Assembly (NCBI GenBank): GCA_963810095.1
Contig: CAWEMM010000007.1
Span: 448,001 to 512,000, forward strand
Direction: 5' to 3'
Source: an uncultured Chloroflexia bacterium
Lineage (GTDB): Bacteria > Chloroflexota > Anaerolineae > CG2-30-64-16
DNA: 64,000 nucleotides
The notes under the pieces are model-generated. The model saw nothing but the letters and a program-made list of their open reading frames with translations. It did not search any database and was not told where the DNA came from. Below, piece after piece: positions 63,051 to 64,000 of this stretch (positions within the stretch are counted from its first letter, which is position 1; each line of letters starts with the position of its first letter). The translations under genes were made by a program, and so were the position numbers.

Positions 63051-64000
63051 CTATCCCTCGCCCGGCTTGGCCGGCGCCGATAGCAGCCCCGCCAGGTCCT
63101 CTTGCGCCAGCGACTCGAACGGGTTGCGCCCTGCTTGCAGTTCCTCGATCCACTGTCCGCGGACCTGGCGCGCGTCCTTGGCCAGCGTGTCGTCGAGCCG
63201 CAGCGCCAGGGCCACGTCGCGGGCCGCACCCGCGGTATTTCCGCCGGCGGCCCGGCTAATGGCCCGCCCGTACAGGTTCGGCACCTCGACAGGTGCTTCC
63301 ACCGCGGCCGCGTTGCAGGCATCCGCCACCTGAGCGACGGCGCCGGCGAGCACGCCGGCCCGGCAGAGCGCGAACATGACCGCCGGGGGGACCGTGACCT
63401 CCGGGTAAGTCCGGCGCGCCTCGTCCAGTGCGGCCAGCCCGCCCGGCACGTCCGTCGCGGCCAGCTTCCCGGCATGCGCCACCAACCCGCCCGCGATCAG
63501 CTCCTGCGTCCTGCGCTCGGGATTGCTGCCCAGGACACGCCCGTCCGATGCGCCGGCCTGAGCAAGTTCCGCACGGCCCTTTTCGATGTCTCCGTTTTGC
63601 AGGGCAAACGATGCGGCAGTCAGGTGCTCGTGGGCGGCCAGCCGCTTCAGCTCGGCTTCCGGCCCGTCGGGCATGCTCTCGGGATCCCTCGCGTACGCAT
63701 CCCTCAGCAGGGCCAGCGCCTCTTCCCGCTGCGCCGGCTGGACGGACATGGGGCCTGCCATCGACTGGAGATCGCTCGCCACGAGCAGCGCGACGTCTGC
63801 TTCGGGTGTCTGGCTGGCGCCCGAATCCCGCAGCAGTTCCACGGCAGCGTCGTCCTCGACCGACATGACCAGCAGCGACGCCCGGTTGAGCATCGAATCC
63901 ACGAAGTTCGGGTTGACTTCCACGTCCGGGCATGTCTCGTGGTAAGGTTGCCCGGCGAAGAAGCGGCTCCACTCCAACTCGTCGAGATTGCGGCCCGCGG
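63051..64000 (-). CDS. 3' part of a large gene, probably WD40/STAND-type with a helical (TPR-like) tail
   Basis: Begins ..GRNLDELEWSRFFAGQPYHETCP, resembling the motif that typically follows WD40 propellers; then Ala-rich helical repeats. The 5' end lies outside the window. Confidence 0.55.
   Translation of the reverse strand, partial: AGRNLDELEWSRFFAGQPYHETCPDVEVNPNFVDSMLNRASLLVMSVEDDAAVELLRDSGASQTPEADVALLVASDLQSMAGPMSVQPAQREEALALLRDAYARDPESMPDGPEAELKRLAAHEHLTAASFALQNGDIEKGRAELAQAGASDGRVLGSNPERRTQELIAGGLVAHAGKLAATDVPGGLAALDEARRTYPEVTVPPAVMFALCRAGVLAGAVAQVADACNAAAVEAPVEVPNLYGRAISRAAGGNTAGAARDVALALRLDDTLAKDARQVRGQWIEELQAGRNPFESLAQEDLAGLLSAPAKPGEG

Overview
High-GC bacterial DNA, most likely Chloroflexota. 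The assignment is inferred from the families of intergenic palindromic repeats, an 'FLPLV' surface-protein motif and the overall gene content. At least 11 otherwise ordinary genes carry frameshifts, which points to consensus errors rather than mass pseudogenisation. Layout: (1) 0-12 kb, a LacI-regulated 6-deoxyhexose (rhamnose/fucose-type) uptake and catabolism locus that also holds two URO-D/MtaA-like proteins and a creatininase-family amidohydrolase; (2) 12-42 kb, mostly secreted hydrolases (two S8 subtilases, two M6-like metalloproteases, a lipase-like lipoprotein, GH26, GH13 amylopullulanase) plus small housekeeping genes; (3) 42-52 kb, a pentapeptide-repeat protein, TerC, an orphan IS630-type HTH, a fused Type IIG restriction-modification gene with an apparently swapped specificity region and an in-frame palindromic insertion, then USP/MFS/TetR; (4) 52-61.5 kb, the most notable part: a ~9.5 kb minus-strand operon encoding a phage head and DNA-packaging machine (TerS, TerL, portal, protease-capsid fusion, adaptor, fibre-like protein) ending in a CHAT caspase-like protease. 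It has no recognisable tail tube, tape measure, integrase, replication or lysis genes. Host palindromic repeats fill every sizeable spacer between its structural genes, and it sits behind a sigma70-type promoter overlapped by a LexA-like box. It is a candidate domesticated, possibly SOS-inducible, GTA-like or capsid-only system; (5) a fatty-acid desaturase and the 3' end of a probable WD40/STAND gene.
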